Below, one piece after another: positions 38,393 to 50,442 of a stretch of DNA of 64,000 bases (position 1 is the first letter of the stretch; the number at the start of each line of letters is the position of its first letter). The notes below the pieces were generated by a model. It saw only the letters and a program-made list of their open reading frames with translations, was not told where the DNA came from and did no database searches. Made by a program: the position numbers and the translations under genes. Location: NCBI GenBank assembly GCA_030949385.1, contig JAUZSP010000006.1, positions 64,121 to 128,120 on the forward strand, in the 5' to 3' direction. Source of the stretch: Gammaproteobacteria bacterium (GTDB taxonomy: Bacteria; Pseudomonadota; Gammaproteobacteria; JAUZRS01).

Positions 38393-41300
38393 GTGGCATG
38401 ACCGAAGATACGCTGGTGCAACAGACCACCGCCGACTACCTGCGTGACGCACTGGCGTGGGACGAATCCCTCTACGCCATGCAGGAAACACTCGGCACAG
38501 ACGGCACCCTCGGACGCGAAAGCGAAAAAGAGATCATCCTCAGCCGCTACCTCAGCCAAACCCTCATCCGACTCAACCCAAACCTGCCCGACGAAGCCTA
38601 CCAAAACGCCCTGCAACAGATCATCAGCGTCAACAGCAGCCAAAGCCTCGCCGCGATCAACCAAGAAAAAGACCGACTCTACAAACAGGGCGTAGCGGTC
38701 AACTACCGCGACAAAAAAGGCCAACGCCAGCAGAAAACCCTCCGCATCTTCGACTTTGAACAAGCCGACAACAACCACTTTTTAATCGTGCGCGAACTCT
38801 GGATCAAAGGCGACGTGTACCGCCGCCGCGCCGATTTGGTGGGCTTCGTCAACGGCATCCCGCTGATTTTTATGGAAGTGAAAAACCTGCACCGAAGCGT
38901 TAAAGCCGCCTACGAAGAGAACCTCTCAGACTACCGAGACAAAGACGTTATCCCACATCTTTTTCACCACAACGCCGTGGTGATCTTAGGCAACGGAATC
39001 GAGGCTAAAATCGGCTCCCACTCCTCAAAGTACGAACACTTCAGCGAATGGAAACGGCTGGACGAAGAGGAGAGCGGAGCGGTGGCAATGGAGACCCTAC
39101 TCAAAGGGGTCTGTGGCAAAAGAAACTTTCTCGACCTGTTTGAAAACTACATCATCTTTGACGACTCCAGCGGCAAAACAGTCAAAATCATCGCCCGCAA
39201 CCACCAATTTCTCGGCGTGAACCGTGCCCTTGACGCAGTGAAAAAGCGTCGGTCACTGCAAGGCAAGCTCGGGGTCTTTTGGCACACCCAAGGTTCGGGG
39301 AAATCCTACTCGATCCTCTTCTTTGCCAAAAAAATCCGCCGTAAACTGGGCGGAAACTACACCTTTTTGCTGCTCACCGACCGCGACGATCTCGACAATC
39401 AGCTCTACAAAACCTTTGCCGGAGCGGGGCTGGTGAATCACGACCGCGACCCCTGCCGCGCCAACAGCGGCAAACACCTCGATGAACTGCTTGGTCAGCA
39501 GAAAGCCTTTATCTTTACCCTGATTCAGAAATTCAGCACCGCAGAGATGCGCGGCTCGCAACGGGACGACATCATCGTCATTACCGATGAAGCGCACCGC
39601 ACCCAGTACGGCACTCTGGCGCTGAATCTGCGCAACGCCCTGCCTAACGCCTGTTTCATCGGCTTTACCGGCACCCCGCTGTTGAAAGAGGATCAGATCA
39701 CCCGCCAAGTGTTTGGCGATTACATCTCCACCTACGACTTTCAACGAGCCGTGGAAGATCAAGCCACCGTGCCACTCTTCTACGATGCACGGGGTGAGGC
39801 GCTACGTCTTGAGGGAAAGGGGGGCGATGAGAACGGTGGTTCGGTGGCGGAACCGAATGGGTTGAACAAAAAAATCAGCGCAAAACTGGCTGAGATGGAT
39901 GTGGAGGATCTGGACGTTCAGCGGCGCTTAGAGCGCGAATTAAAGCGCGCTTATCACATCGTCACCGCCAGCAGCCGTCTGGAGCAGATCGCCGATGATT
40001 TTGTCGAGCATTACAGCGCAGGCTGGCAAAACGGCAAAGCAATGCTGGTCTGCATTGATAAAGTGACCTGTGTGCGGATGTACGATTTGATCAAGGAGCG
40101 TTGGCAGCAGCATCAGGTGGCACTGAGCAAGCGACTTACCAGCGAGACAGCGGATGAGCAGGAGATGATCTTTCGTGAGCGCCAACTGACGTGGATGCAA
40201 GAGACCCAGATGGCGGTGGTGGTGAGCGAGGAGCAGGGCGAGGTAGAGAAATTTCGCCATTGGGATCTGGACATCCTTCCCCATCGTAAATTGATTAAAG
40301 AGGGCTTTCAGGAGGGCAAGGGGCGGTTAAAGCTGGAAGAGGCGTTCAAGCGTGAAGAGCACCCTTTCCGTGTGGCGATTGTCTGCGCCATGTGGTTGAC
40401 GGGGTTTGATGTGCCGAGTTTATCAACTCTTTATCTGGATAAACCGCTGAAAGCCCACTCCTTGATGCAGGCCATCGCCCGTGCCAACCGAGTCGCTGAG
40501 GGTAAAAATAACGGTTTGATTGTGGATTACTGCGGCATTTTGAAGAATTTACGCCAAGCCTTGGCGGACTTTGGGGGTGCTGCGAATGGCAGTTCTGTCC
40601 CTGACCCGGTGCGACCCAACAAAGAACTGCTGGCAACGCTGGCCGAGTCCATTGCAGCGGTCAAAACCTTTTTGAATCAGCGGGGCTTTGAGCTAACAAA
40701 GATCACCGAGGATGTTGGTTTTGCGCGTAATCAAGCCATTATGGAGGCCAAAGAGGCGGTCAATGAAAATAATCGGAGCAGAAAAACCTATGAAGTGATG
40801 GCGCGTGAGGTGGTGAAAAAATTCAAAGCCTGCATCACGCTGCGCCCCGAAGTGAATGCGTATCGGCTGGATCGGGATGCCATTCACATCATCTACAAAT
40901 CGCTGCAACGGGATCGAGAGACGGCAGACATCAGCCAGATTATGAGGGCGCTGCACAAGCTGGTGGATGAGTCGGTGTTGGTGGAAGAGCGCACCGTGCG
41001 CGAAGCGCGGGTCTACGATATGAGCAAAATTGATTTTGAGCGTTTGCGAGCGGAGTTTGCTCAGCAGGCGCAGAAAAAAACCGTGGTGCTTAATTTGAGT
41101 GATGTCTTGGCGAAACAGCTGAATAAATTGGTGCAGCAGAATCCGTTGCGAACCGATTTTCAAACGCATTTTGAAGCGGTGGTGGCGCGTTACAACGATG
41201 AAAAAGAGCATCTCGCCATTGAGCAGACCTTTGATGAGTTGTTGAATTTTATGCAGGAGTTGGGGCAGGAGGAGGCGCGGGCGCTGCGCGAGGGCTTGGA

Positions 41301-41611
41301 TCAGGAGAGTTTGGCCTTGTTTGATCTGCTGAACAAACCGGAGTTAAGTAAAAAAAGAGATCAAGACCATCAAGCGGGTGGCAACGGAGCTGTTAAAAGA
41401 TGTGAAAAAGGAGCTGGTCACGATTCAGCACTGGCAAGAGAAAGGGCGCGCTCGGGCGGCGATCAAACAGGGTATTTATGACCACCTGTACGATGACAAA
41501 ACGGGCTTGCCAGAGAGCTACGAAGTGGAGGAGATTGGTTTGTTAGCCGATGAACTGTTCAGTCATATTTATCGTGTGTACCCCACTTTACCCTCACCGG
41601 TTTATGGTTAA
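38389..41611 (+). CDS. hsdR: Type I R-M restriction subunit, +1 indel in A run at ~41352
   Basis: D...NGIPL..MEVK nuclease, HTQGSGKS, DEAHR, FTGTP, LTGFD, QAIARANR; C-terminus in ORF 41378..41611. Confidence 0.92.
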
Positions 41612-41618
41612 GCTGAGG

Positions 41619-42420
41619 TTATGAGCCAGACTCCCGCTGCTGTTTCAACACCTGCAACATGGCGTGAAAGACCTTTGGCCCTGCGGCTAAAATATCACCG
41701 CTTTCCAGATACTGATCTCCGCCAGAAAGGTCGGTTACAATGCCACCCGCTTCACGGATCAGCAGCGCACCGGCAGCGATGTCCCAACTGTGCAAACCCA
41801 TCTCCCAAAAACCATCAATGCGACCGGCGGCCAGATAGGCCAGATCCAGAGCGGCAGAGCCTGGGCGACGAATGCCAGCGGTTTTGGTCAAGAAGGTGCG
41901 AAATACTTTCAGGTATTCGTCCAGATCTTTGGCTTGATCGTCACGGTACGGAAAGCCTGTTCCCAGTAACGCACCTTCCAGACCACGGCGTTTGCTGACC
42001 CGAAGACGGCGGTTGTTGAGCGAGGCTCCGCCGCCACGAGTGGCGGTGAACAGCTCTTGGCTGATGGGGTTGTAGATCACCGCTTGTTCTAAGCGACCTT
42101 CGTATTTGAGTGCAATGGAAACCGCAAACTGCGGAAAACCGTGCAGAAAATTGGTGGTGCCATCGAGAGGGTCGATGATCCACTGATGACGGCCATCGCC
42201 TGCAGTGCTCACCGGACTCTTCGGCTAAAATGCCGTGTTGTGGATAGGTCTTGAGCAGAGTGCGTATAATCTCCGCTTCGGCTTGACGATCCACTTCGCT
42301 GACGAAGTCGTTGCGCTGTTTGGTTTCGATGGCGAGGGTGTCGATTCTGTCCACATTACGGGCGATCAGATTGCCTGCGGAGCGTGCCGCACGGACGGCG
42401 ATATTGAGCATGGGATGCAT
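41619..42420 (-). CDS. suhB: Inositol monophosphatase SuhB, +1 indel at ~42206
   Basis: [13 protein letters not shown] start; [24 protein letters not shown]. Confidence 0.92.
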
Positions 42421-42539
42421 CGGCTTGGGTCTTTATTTGGGCTAAAAAATGGTCACAGAGGATAGCAGAGAACGGGTGTTTTGAGTATGAAAATATGCTG
42501 ACCTGCGTACGGTTTTGATTCTTTTAAGGAGAAGTTGAT

Positions 42540-43271
42540 TTGAATTTGAGTAAGGTGCGGATGGTCTTGATCGCCACTTCCCATGCGGGCAACATCGGTG
42601 CGGCGGCACGGGCGATGAAAAACATGGGCTTGGAGCGCCTTTATTTGGTGGCTCCCCGCGATTTTCCCAGCGAGGAGGCGTTGGTACGGGCTTCAGGGGC
42701 GACGGATGTTTTAGATCAAGCCGTGGTCTGTGACTCTTTGGCAGAGGCGTTGCAGGGCGTGGGTGTGGTGTACGGCAGCAGCGCACGGCAGCGCACGCTG
42801 GCGTGGCCTGAGGTGGATGTACGCGGTTGTGCGGAGCAGGTGAGTGAGGTCACTTTGCAGGATGAGGTGGCGATTGTTTTTGGCCGTGAGCGCATTGGTT
42901 TGACCAACGAGGAGTTGCAGCTCTGCCACACGTTGTTGCACATTCCGACCAACCCCGATTACAGCTCCCTGAATGTGGCTTCGGCGGTGCAGGTGGTGGC
43001 TTATGAGTTGAGAATGGCCTTTTTGAGTTCGGAGTCCGCCCCCGTTGTGGAACCCGTTGCGGCGGATGCCTTGGCTAGAGCGGAGGAGATGGCGCATTTT
43101 TACACTCATCTTGAGCAGACCTTGGTTGAGCTTGAGTTTCTTGATCCAAAGAACCCGCGTCAGTTGATGCCGCGTTTGCAGCGTTTTTTTCATCGCAGCC
43201 AGCCGACGCAGTTGGAGTTGGGCATGTTGCGTGGCATTTTGAGTGCGGCACTAAAAAAGAAAAAAGCATGA
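42540..43271 (+). CDS. trmJ: tRNA C32/U32 2'-O-methyltransferase
   Basis: SHAGNIGAAARAMKNMG, FGRERIGL, YSSLN; position between suhB and cysE. Confidence 0.92.
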   Translation: MNLSKVRMVLIATSHAGNIGAAARAMKNMGLERLYLVAPRDFPSEEALVRASGATDVLDQAVVCDSLAEALQGVGVVYGSSARQRTLAWPEVDVRGCAEQVSEVTLQDEVAIVFGRERIGLTNEELQLCHTLLHIPTNPDYSSLNVASAVQVVAYELRMAFLSSESAPVVEPVAADALARAEEMAHFYTHLEQTLVELEFLDPKNPRQLMPRLQRFFHRSQPTQLELGMLRGILSAALKKKKA

Positions 43272-43302
43272 AGGGCTGTTATTTGCTGAATCTGGCACTA
43301 TA

Positions 43303-43327
43303 ATACTTGAGTAAATTACTCGGTTAT
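43303..43327. promoter_or_regulatory. IscR type-1-like site upstream of cysE
   Basis: ATACTTGAGT-AAATT-ACTCGGTTAT imperfect palindrome. Confidence 0.7.
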
Positions 43328-43344
43328 AACACTTAGGGTTTGTT

Positions 43345-44196
43345 ATGTTTAAACGCTTGCGTGAGGATATCCACTGTGTTTTTGATCGTGATCCGGCATC
43401 GCGGCATACGTGGGAAATTTTAACCACTTATCCTGGGGTGCATGCGGTATTGATTCACCGCGTGAGCCACTGGCTGTGGGGGAAGGGGTTGAAGTGGTTG
43501 GCGCGTGCGCTGTCGCATTTGGCGCGTTTTCTGACCGGCATTGAGATTCATCCTGGAGCTACTTTGGGACGACGGGTCTTTATTGACCACGGCATGGGGG
43601 TGGTGATCGGTGAGACCGCAGAGGTGCATGATGATGTGACACTTTATCAGGGGGTGACCTTAGGTGGCACCTCGTGGAACAAAGGCAAACGCCATCCGAC
43701 CCTAGAAAAAGGGGTGGTGGTAGGAGCCGGTGCCAAAGTCTTGGGGCCGATCACCTTGTCGGCTGGGGTTAAGGTGGGTTCTAATGCAGTGGTGGTTAAA
43801 GACGTGGAGGCCAACGCGACGGTGGTGGGTATTCCTGGAAGAGTGGTTAAAAAGAAAACACCACCGCCACCACTGCCGAAACACCGTGAGGAGATTGCCC
43901 GAAAAATGGGCTTTGATGCCTACGGCGTGAGCAAAGACATGCCCGACCCTGTGGCCACGGCAATGAACTGTATGCTGGATCATATTCATGCCATGGATCG
44001 TAAAATGGAGGCGATGTGCGGTGCCTTGAAGGCAATGGGCTTGGAAGATCCTGCCATCAACCTTAAGGAGCTGGAGGCCTGTGATATCGGTTTTTGTGAC
44101 AAAGAGGACGATTGCGGCCAGAGTGAGAAGTGTCTGCAAAAAGCGGAGTTGCGTGCCGCGAAAGAGACAGAGCGTACACTTTTGAAGAATAGTTGA
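43345..44196 (+). CDS. cysE: Serine O-acetyltransferase
   Basis: [32 protein letters not shown]. Confidence 0.95.
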   Translation: MFKRLREDIHCVFDRDPASRHTWEILTTYPGVHAVLIHRVSHWLWGKGLKWLARALSHLARFLTGIEIHPGATLGRRVFIDHGMGVVIGETAEVHDDVTLYQGVTLGGTSWNKGKRHPTLEKGVVVGAGAKVLGPITLSAGVKVGSNAVVVKDVEANATVVGIPGRVVKKKTPPPPLPKHREEIARKMGFDAYGVSKDMPDPVATAMNCMLDHIHAMDRKMEAMCGALKAMGLEDPAINLKELEACDIGFCDKEDDCGQSEKCLQKAELRAAKETERTLLKNS

Positions 44197-44213
44197 CTAA
44201 AACCGTCGGGTAT
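44189..44213. promoter_or_regulatory. IscR type-1-like site upstream of iscR
   Basis: ATAGTTGACT-AAAAC-CGTCGGGTAT. Confidence 0.7.
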
Positions 44214-44251
44214 GGAAAGATGCGCGCCATATTGGGTCAGAAGAGAGCGGC

Positions 44252-44740
44252 ATGAGATTAACAACCAAAGGCCGCTACGCGGTAACCGCGATGTTGGATT
44301 TAGCGTTGCACGGTGGAGAAGGGCCGATGACTTTGGCGGATATTTCCAGTCGTCAGAGGATCTCGCTTTCGTATCTGGAGCAGCTCTTTTCCAAACTGCG
44401 TAAAAACGGTTTGGTGCTCAGTACCCGTGGCCCAGGTGGCGGGTACAGCCTCAGTAAACCGGTGCACGAGATTGCCATTGCCAGCATTATTGAGGCGGTG
44501 GATGAGAAAGTGGATGCGACCCGTTGCGGTGGTCTGGCTAACTGCCACGATCAGCAACGTTGTTTGACCCACGATCTCTGGATGTCTCTGAGCGAGCAGA
44601 TTCACGGTTTTTTAGCCGGTATCAGCTTAGGGGATTTAATCGAAAAGCAATCTGTCCAAGAAGTGATGGAGCGCCAAGAGAAAGATTGTTTAGAGGCGCT
44701 GACGGTTTCAAATCAGCAGCGGGTCGAGATTGTCTCTTAA
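44252..44740 (+). CDS. iscR: Fe-S cluster regulator
   Basis: [24 protein letters not shown] ligands. Confidence 0.96.
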   Translation: MRLTTKGRYAVTAMLDLALHGGEGPMTLADISSRQRISLSYLEQLFSKLRKNGLVLSTRGPGGGYSLSKPVHEIAIASIIEAVDEKVDATRCGGLANCHDQQRCLTHDLWMSLSEQIHGFLAGISLGDLIEKQSVQEVMERQEKDCLEALTVSNQQRVEIVS

Positions 44741-44788
44741 GATCGTGTGACGCTCTTAAGGGTTAACGAATTATTGAATGAAATTTGA

Positions 44789-46018
44789 GTGAGCATGAGC
44801 AATATGAAACTACCGATTTATTTAGATTACTCCGCAACCACGCCTGTTGATGAGCGTGTTGCTGAGAAGATGTCTGCTTATTTGACCCGTGACGGTCACT
44901 TCGGCAATCCTGCTTCACGTTCTCATCCCTTTGGTTGGGAGGCAGAATCGGCGGTTGACGAAGCGCGTGCTCATGTGGCGGCTTTGATCGGTGCAGACAG
45001 TAAAGAGATTGTCTGGACCTCTGGTGCTACGGAATCCGATAACTTGGCGATCAAAGGTGTGGCGCACTTTTACAAGAAAAAAGGCCGTCATATTGTGACC
45101 GTCAAAACCGAGCACAAAGCGGTGTTGGATCCCTGTCGTCAATTGGAACGTGATGGATATGAAATCACCTATTTGGTTCCTGAAACCGACGGTATGGTGG
45201 ATTTGGCCAAACTGGAAGCAGCGCTGCGCGAGGACACCATTTTGGTTTCCATTATGCACGTCAACAACGAAATTGGTGTGATTCAAGACATTGCGGCCAT
45301 TGGTAAAATGACCCGCGAACGTAAAATTTTGTTGCACGTGGATGCGGCTCAGAGCGCAGGTAAAGTGGAGATTGATGTCAATGCGATGAACGTTGATTTG
45401 CTTTCGCTTTCCGCTCATAAAATTTACGGCCCTAAAGGCATGGGCGCGCTCTACGTGCGTCGTAAACCTCGAGTACGTCTGGAAGCGATGATGCACGGCG
45501 GCGGTCACGAACGGGGTATGCGTTCTGGTACCTTGGCGACTCATCAAATTGTTGGCATGGGTGAAGCGTTCCGCATTGCTAAAGAAGAGATGGTTGCCGA
45601 GAATAAAAGTCTGGCTAAATTGCGTGATCGTCTGCTGGACGGTTTTAAAGACATGGAAGAGGTCTACATCAACGGCAATATGGAACATCGCATCGCCGGT
45701 AATCTGAACATCAGTTTTAACTTTGTTGAAGGCGAGAGCCTGATGATGGCAATGAAAGATTTTGCTGTCTCTTCTGGTTCGGCTTGTACTTCGGCTTCCT
45801 TGGAACCCTCTTATGTGTTGCGTGCTTTGGGGCGTTCTGACGAGCTGGCACACAGCTCGATCCGTTTCACCATCGGTCGTTACACCACCGCAGAAGAGAT
45901 TGATTACACCATTGGCCAAGTGCGCGATGCGGTGAATCGTCTGCGTGAATTGTCACCGTTGTGGGACATGTACCAAGAAGGTATTGATCTTGACAGCGTG
46001 CAGTGGGCGGCGCATTAA
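44789..46018 (+). CDS. iscS: Cysteine desulfurase
   Basis: [28 protein letters not shown]. Confidence 0.97.
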   Translation: MSMSNMKLPIYLDYSATTPVDERVAEKMSAYLTRDGHFGNPASRSHPFGWEAESAVDEARAHVAALIGADSKEIVWTSGATESDNLAIKGVAHFYKKKGRHIVTVKTEHKAVLDPCRQLERDGYEITYLVPETDGMVDLAKLEAALREDTILVSIMHVNNEIGVIQDIAAIGKMTRERKILLHVDAAQSAGKVEIDVNAMNVDLLSLSAHKIYGPKGMGALYVRRKPRVRLEAMMHGGGHERGMRSGTLATHQIVGMGEAFRIAKEEMVAENKSLAKLRDRLLDGFKDMEEVYINGNMEHRIAGNLNISFNFVEGESLMMAMKDFAVSSGSACTSASLEPSYVLRALGRSDELAHSSIRFTIGRYTTAEEIDYTIGQVRDAVNRLRELSPLWDMYQEGIDLDSVQWAAH

Positions 46019-46077
46019 ATTAGAGACTGGGCATCGTTAGATGCTTAATGAACCTTGATTGCACTTAGGAGAACGAC

Positions 46078-46458
46078 ATGGCTTACAGCGAAAAAGTATT
46101 AGATCATTACGAAAACCCACGTAACGTGGGTGCCTTTGATAAAAACGACAGCAGTGTTGGTACCGGCATGGTCGGCGCACCTGCTTGTGGTGATGTGATG
46201 AAGTTGCAGATCAAAGTGGGCGCGGATGGCATCATCGAAGACGCTAAATTTAAAACCTACGGTTGTGGTTCTGCCATCGCCTCTTCGTCCTTGGTGACGG
46301 AGTGGGTGAAGGGTAAAACCTTAGAAGAAGCGTCTACGATTAAAAACAGCGATATTGCTGAAGAGCTGGCTTTACCACCAGTGAAAATTCACTGTTCGGT
46401 ACTGGCTGAAGACGCGATTGCCGCAGCGATTGCAGATCTGAAACAGAAACAGTCTTAA
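46078..46458 (+). CDS. iscU: Fe-S scaffold
   Basis: APACGD, GCGSA, LPPVKIHC. Confidence 0.97.
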   Translation: MAYSEKVLDHYENPRNVGAFDKNDSSVGTGMVGAPACGDVMKLQIKVGADGIIEDAKFKTYGCGSAIASSSLVTEWVKGKTLEEASTIKNSDIAEELALPPVKIHCSVLAEDAIAAAIADLKQKQS

Positions 46459-46491
46459 AAACGGCACTTACTTCCGAAAAGGAGCTTTGTT

Positions 46492-46815
46492 ATGGCAGTA
46501 ACCTTGACTGAGGCGGCAGCAGGCCGAGTAAAAGATTTTTTGCAAAAACGCGGTGCAGCTGCGGGTTTGCGTCTCGGAGTGCGCACCACCGGTTGTTCTG
46601 GAATGGCCTATGTATTGGAATTTGCCGATGAGGTCAGTCCCGATGACGAAGTGTTTGAAGATGCCGGTGTACGGGTGATCATTGACAAAAAAAGCTTGGT
46701 GTACCTTGATGGTACCGAGCTGGATTTTGCTAAAGAGGGCTTGAACGAAGGTTTTAAGTTCAATAACCCCAATGTCAAAGACGAATGCGGCTGCGGCGAA
46801 AGTTTTACCGTTTAA
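46492..46815 (+). CDS. iscA: Fe-S carrier
   Basis: GCSGMAY, CGCGESF. Confidence 0.96.
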   Translation: MAVTLTEAAAGRVKDFLQKRGAAAGLRLGVRTTGCSGMAYVLEFADEVSPDDEVFEDAGVRVIIDKKSLVYLDGTELDFAKEGLNEGFKFNNPNVKDECGCGESFTV

Positions 46816-46837
46816 ACATTTGTTTTACCGTTGAGAT

Positions 46838-46870
46838 AAAAAAACGCTCTGCCTTGGCTGGGCGTTTTTT
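46838..46870 (+). terminator. Intrinsic terminator/attenuator after iscA
   Basis: AAAAACGC...GCGTTTTTT hairpin. Confidence 0.6.
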
Positions 46871-46900
46871 CTGTACAGGCATTAAAAAAAGGGGGTTAAG

Positions 46901-47440
46901 GTGCAGTTGGATTTTTCCAAAGACTATTTTGAGCTGTTCTCTCTGCCGGTCTCGTTTGATCTGGATCAAGGGATGTTGGCGGCGCGCTTTCAGGAGTTGC
47001 AACGTCTGTTGCACCCCGACCGGTTTGCCTCAGCCAGTGAGCAAGAACGGCGCTTCTCCATGCAGGGCGCAACCTTGGTTAATGAAGCGTTTCAGACCCT
47101 TAAAGACCCCTTGACCCGTGCCACGTATCTGCTGAGTTTGCAGGGTGTTTCGTTGGACAACGAAAGCGATACGCAGATGGATATGGCATTTTTGATGCAG
47201 CAGATGGAGCTGCGTGAAGCGTTGGATGAGGTGCGTGAGAAGGATGATCCTCTGCAAGCGACGGCGGACGTGCTGGATGAAATCGCGGTTTTGTCGCGCA
47301 GCTGTTTTGCTTCTTTAGGAACGCACTTGCACGCGCAGGCGTGGTCAGAGGCGCGCGATTGGGTGCGCAAATTACAGTTTTTACGCAAACTTCGAGAGAG
47401 CGCCGTGGCGCTGGAGTTGGCCTTGGAAGATGAGTTATAA
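46901..47440 (+). CDS. hscB: Co-chaperone HscB
   Basis: J-domain HPD, FLMQQMELRE. Confidence 0.95.
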   Translation: MQLDFSKDYFELFSLPVSFDLDQGMLAARFQELQRLLHPDRFASASEQERRFSMQGATLVNEAFQTLKDPLTRATYLLSLQGVSLDNESDTQMDMAFLMQQMELREALDEVREKDDPLQATADVLDEIAVLSRSCFASLGTHLHAQAWSEARDWVRKLQFLRKLRESAVALELALEDEL

Positions 47441-47454
47441 CGCGAGTTTGAATT

Positions 47455-49326
47455 ATGGCCCTATTACAAATTTCTGAGCCTGGACAATCCACGGCACCGC
47501 ATCAACACCGTTTGGCGGTGGGGATCGATTTAGGCACCACCAACTCCTTGGTGGCCAGTGTGCGCAGCGGCGTGGCCGAAGTGTTGCCCAGCAGCGAGGG
47601 TGAGTTGATTTTGCCTTCGGTGGTGCGTTATTTGGCTGATGGCTCTCGTCAGGTGGGACGTGAAGCGCGTGATAACGCCGCTGCTGACCCACACAACAGC
47701 ATCAGTTCGGTGAAACGGTTTATGGGGCGTTCTTTGGCGGAGGTGTTGGCGATTGAGAGCAATTCACCGTACCGTTTTGTTGAGGGTGAAGGTTCGGTGC
47801 CACGGATTCAGACGGCCTGTGCCAAGGTCACTCCAGTGGAAGTCTCGGCGGAGATTTTAAGCCTGCTGCGCAAACAGGCGGAAGCGACTTTGGGCGGTGA
47901 TCTGGTGGGGGCGGTGATCACCGTACCGGCCTATTTTGATGACGCTCAGCGTCAAGCGACCAAAGACGCGGCGCGTCTGGCGGATGTGCATGTGCTGCGT
48001 CTGCTCAACGAACCCACCGCAGCGGCCATTGCCTATGGCTTGGACGAAGCCGCTGAAGGGGTGGTGGCGATTTTTGATCTCGGTGGCGGTACCTTTGATA
48101 TTTCCATTTTGCGCTTGAATCGCGGCGTGTTTGAGGTTTTGGCCACCGCCGGTGACACGGCTCTGGGTGGCGATGACATAGATCGTTTGCTGGCTGAGTG
48201 GATGAAACAGCAGGCTGGAATTGAGGTGAAAGACAATCACGGTTTGAATCGCCACATTTTGGATCAGGCGCGGGCAGCCAAAGAGTTGCTGAGCGAATGT
48301 GATGAGGTGGTGGTAGAGATTGAAGATTCTGAATACGAATGGCAGGGCTTGTTGAGCCGTGAGACCTTCAATGAGCTGATTGAACCGTTGATTAAAAAGA
48401 CCTTGTCACCTTGTCGTCGTGCGCTGCGCGATGCCGATGTCAGCCGCGATGAGATCGCTGCGGTGGTGATGGTGGGCGGTTCAACTCGGGTGCCTCTGGT
48501 GCGCGATAACGTCAGTGACTTTTTCAAACGTGAGGTTTTGACTCACATCGACCCTGATCGAGTGGTGGCCATCGGTGCGGCATTGCAAGCCGATGTGTTG
48601 GCGGGCAACAAAGCCGACGGTGAAATGCTGTTGCTGGATGTGAATCCGCTCTCGTTGGGCATTGAGACCATGGGCGGTTTGGTGGAAAAGATCATCGCCC
48701 GTAACACGACTATTCCTACTGCGCGAGGGCAAGAGTTCACCACGTATCAAGACGGTCAAACGGCAATGGCGCTGCATGTATTACAGGGTGAACGAGAGTT
48801 GGTTTCTGATTGTCGTTCACTGGCGCGTTTTGAATTGCGCGGTTTTCCGCCGATGGTGGCCGGTGCGGCGCGCATTAAAGTCACCTTACAAGTGGATGCG
48901 GATGGCCTGTTGAACGTGACGGCTACGGAGTTGACCAGCGGTGTGCAGGCGAGCATTGAGGTCAAACCTTCGTACGGCTTGCAGGATCAAGAGATCGAGC
49001 AGATGTTGCGCGATTCGATGGATTACGCCCAAGCGGACAAAGACGCGCGCAGCTTACGTGAGCAGCAGGTGGAGGCGCAGCGGGTGATTGAAGCCTTGGA
49101 TGCGGCTCTGGCCAGTGACGGCGATGATTTTCTTCAGGCCGATGAGTTGAGTCAGATTCAGACCGCCCGAGCCGCTGTGCTGGCGGTGGCTGAGGCGGAC
49201 GATCATCTGGCCATTAAGAGTGCGATTAAACGATTAGAGCAGTGCAGTGAAGCCTATGTGGCACGTCGCATGAACGCCAGCGTACGTAAAGCGATGGCGG
49301 GGCATAATTTAAATGAATACGAATGA
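47455..49326 (+). CDS. hscA: Chaperone HscA
   Basis: [19 protein letters not shown]. Confidence 0.96.
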   Translation: MALLQISEPGQSTAPHQHRLAVGIDLGTTNSLVASVRSGVAEVLPSSEGELILPSVVRYLADGSRQVGREARDNAAADPHNSISSVKRFMGRSLAEVLAIESNSPYRFVEGEGSVPRIQTACAKVTPVEVSAEILSLLRKQAEATLGGDLVGAVITVPAYFDDAQRQATKDAARLADVHVLRLLNEPTAAAIAYGLDEAAEGVVAIFDLGGGTFDISILRLNRGVFEVLATAGDTALGGDDIDRLLAEWMKQQAGIEVKDNHGLNRHILDQARAAKELLSECDEVVVEIEDSEYEWQGLLSRETFNELIEPLIKKTLSPCRRALRDADVSRDEIAAVVMVGGSTRVPLVRDNVSDFFKREVLTHIDPDRVVAIGAALQADVLAGNKADGEMLLLDVNPLSLGIETMGGLVEKIIARNTTIPTARGQEFTTYQDGQTAMALHVLQGERELVSDCRSLARFELRGFPPMVAGAARIKVTLQVDADGLLNVTATELTSGVQASIEVKPSYGLQDQEIEQMLRDSMDYAQADKDARSLREQQVEAQRVIEALDAALASDGDDFLQADELSQIQTARAAVLAVAEADDHLAIKSAIKRLEQCSEAYVARRMNASVRKAMAGHNLNEYE

Positions 49327-49358
49327 TAGGCAGCCTACGCTGCTGCGGAGCATATAAA

Positions 49359-49697
49359 ATGACACAAATTATTTTTTTACCCCATGAAGAGATCTGTCCT
49401 GAAGGGGCGATGTTTGAAGTGGAGCCAGGTATCACCATTTGTGATGCGGCGTTGGCCAACGGCATTGAGATTGAACACGCTTGTGAAAAATCCTGTGCCT
49501 GCACCACCTGCCACGTTCATGTGCGTGAAGGCGGTGAGTCACTGTCAGAGAACACCGAGTTGGAAGACGACCTGTTAGACAAGGCGTGGGGCTTAGATCC
49601 TGACTCCCGCTTGAGTTGTCAGGTGGTGGTGGGTGAGGAAAATTTGGTGGTCGAGCTGCCAAAATACACCATTAATATGGTCTCTGAGCACGGTTAA
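49359..49697 (+). CDS. fdx: ISC [2Fe-2S] ferredoxin
   Basis: HACEKSCACTTCH, SRLSCQ; start at MTQI. Confidence 0.96.
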   Translation: MTQIIFLPHEEICPEGAMFEVEPGITICDAALANGIEIEHACEKSCACTTCHVHVREGGESLSENTELEDDLLDKAWGLDPDSRLSCQVVVGEENLVVELPKYTINMVSEHG

Positions 49698-49712
49698 GAG
49701 AGGAGCGTTGAC

Positions 49713-49913
49713 ATGGAATTAAAGTGGACCGATGTACTGGACATTGCCATTGAACTGGATGAGGCGCACCCCGATGTGGATCCGCGTTACATCCGTTTTA
49801 CCGATTTACACGCATGGGTGACGGCGTTGGACAATTTTGATGATGACCCCGAACGTTCCAATGAAAAAATCTTGGAAGCGATTCAAGGCACATGGATTGA
49901 AGAGAAAGAGTAG
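49713..49913 (+). CDS. iscX: IscX/YfhJ
   Basis: LKWTD..DIAI, RFTDLH, EKILEAIQ. Confidence 0.93.
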   Translation: MELKWTDVLDIAIELDEAHPDVDPRYIRFTDLHAWVTALDNFDDDPERSNEKILEAIQGTWIEEKE

Positions 49914-50013
49914 ATAAATTTTATCTATAGGGTCTTTAAATGGGGCAATAAGCCGCGTACCATCGCGTTTTTTTAGTGTTTCTTTTTATTTAAAGACCTT
50001 GGAGTAATTGATT

Positions 50014-50442
50014 GTGGCAATTGAACGTACTTTTTCCATTGTAAAACCCGATGCAGTAGCCAAAAACGTCATTGGGCAGATTTACAGCCGGTTTGAATCT
50101 GCTGGCTTGTCCGTGGTGGCCTCTAAAATGCTGCAATTGAGTCAAGCGCAAGCGGAAGGCTTTTACGCCGTACACAAAGAGCGGCCTTTCTTCGCGGACT
50201 TGGTCTCTTTTATGATTTCAGGACCGGTGATGATGCAGGTGTTGGAAGGTGAAAACGCGATTGTCAAAAACCGCGAGTTGATGGGTGCAACCAACCCTAA
50301 AGACGCGGCTGCCGGTACCATTCGGGCTGATTTTGCCGATAGTCTGGATGAAAATGCGGTGCACGGTTCCGATGCTCCTGAAACCGCTGCGGTTGAAATC
50401 GCCTATTTCTTCCCTGAAGGTGTGTGTGAACGAATCCGCTAA
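50014..50442 (+). CDS. ndk: Nucleoside diphosphate kinase
   Basis: [17 protein letters not shown]. Confidence 0.96.
   Translation: MAIERTFSIVKPDAVAKNVIGQIYSRFESAGLSVVASKMLQLSQAQAEGFYAVHKERPFFADLVSFMISGPVMMQVLEGENAIVKNRELMGATNPKDAAAGTIRADFADSLDENAVHGSDAPETAAVEIAYFFPEGVCERIR

Noticed and set aside
44915..45919. Long antisense ORFs (also 3368-3955, 17196-17828, 58706-59359)
   Set aside because: Shadow frames of conserved genes with biased codon use; no independent motifs
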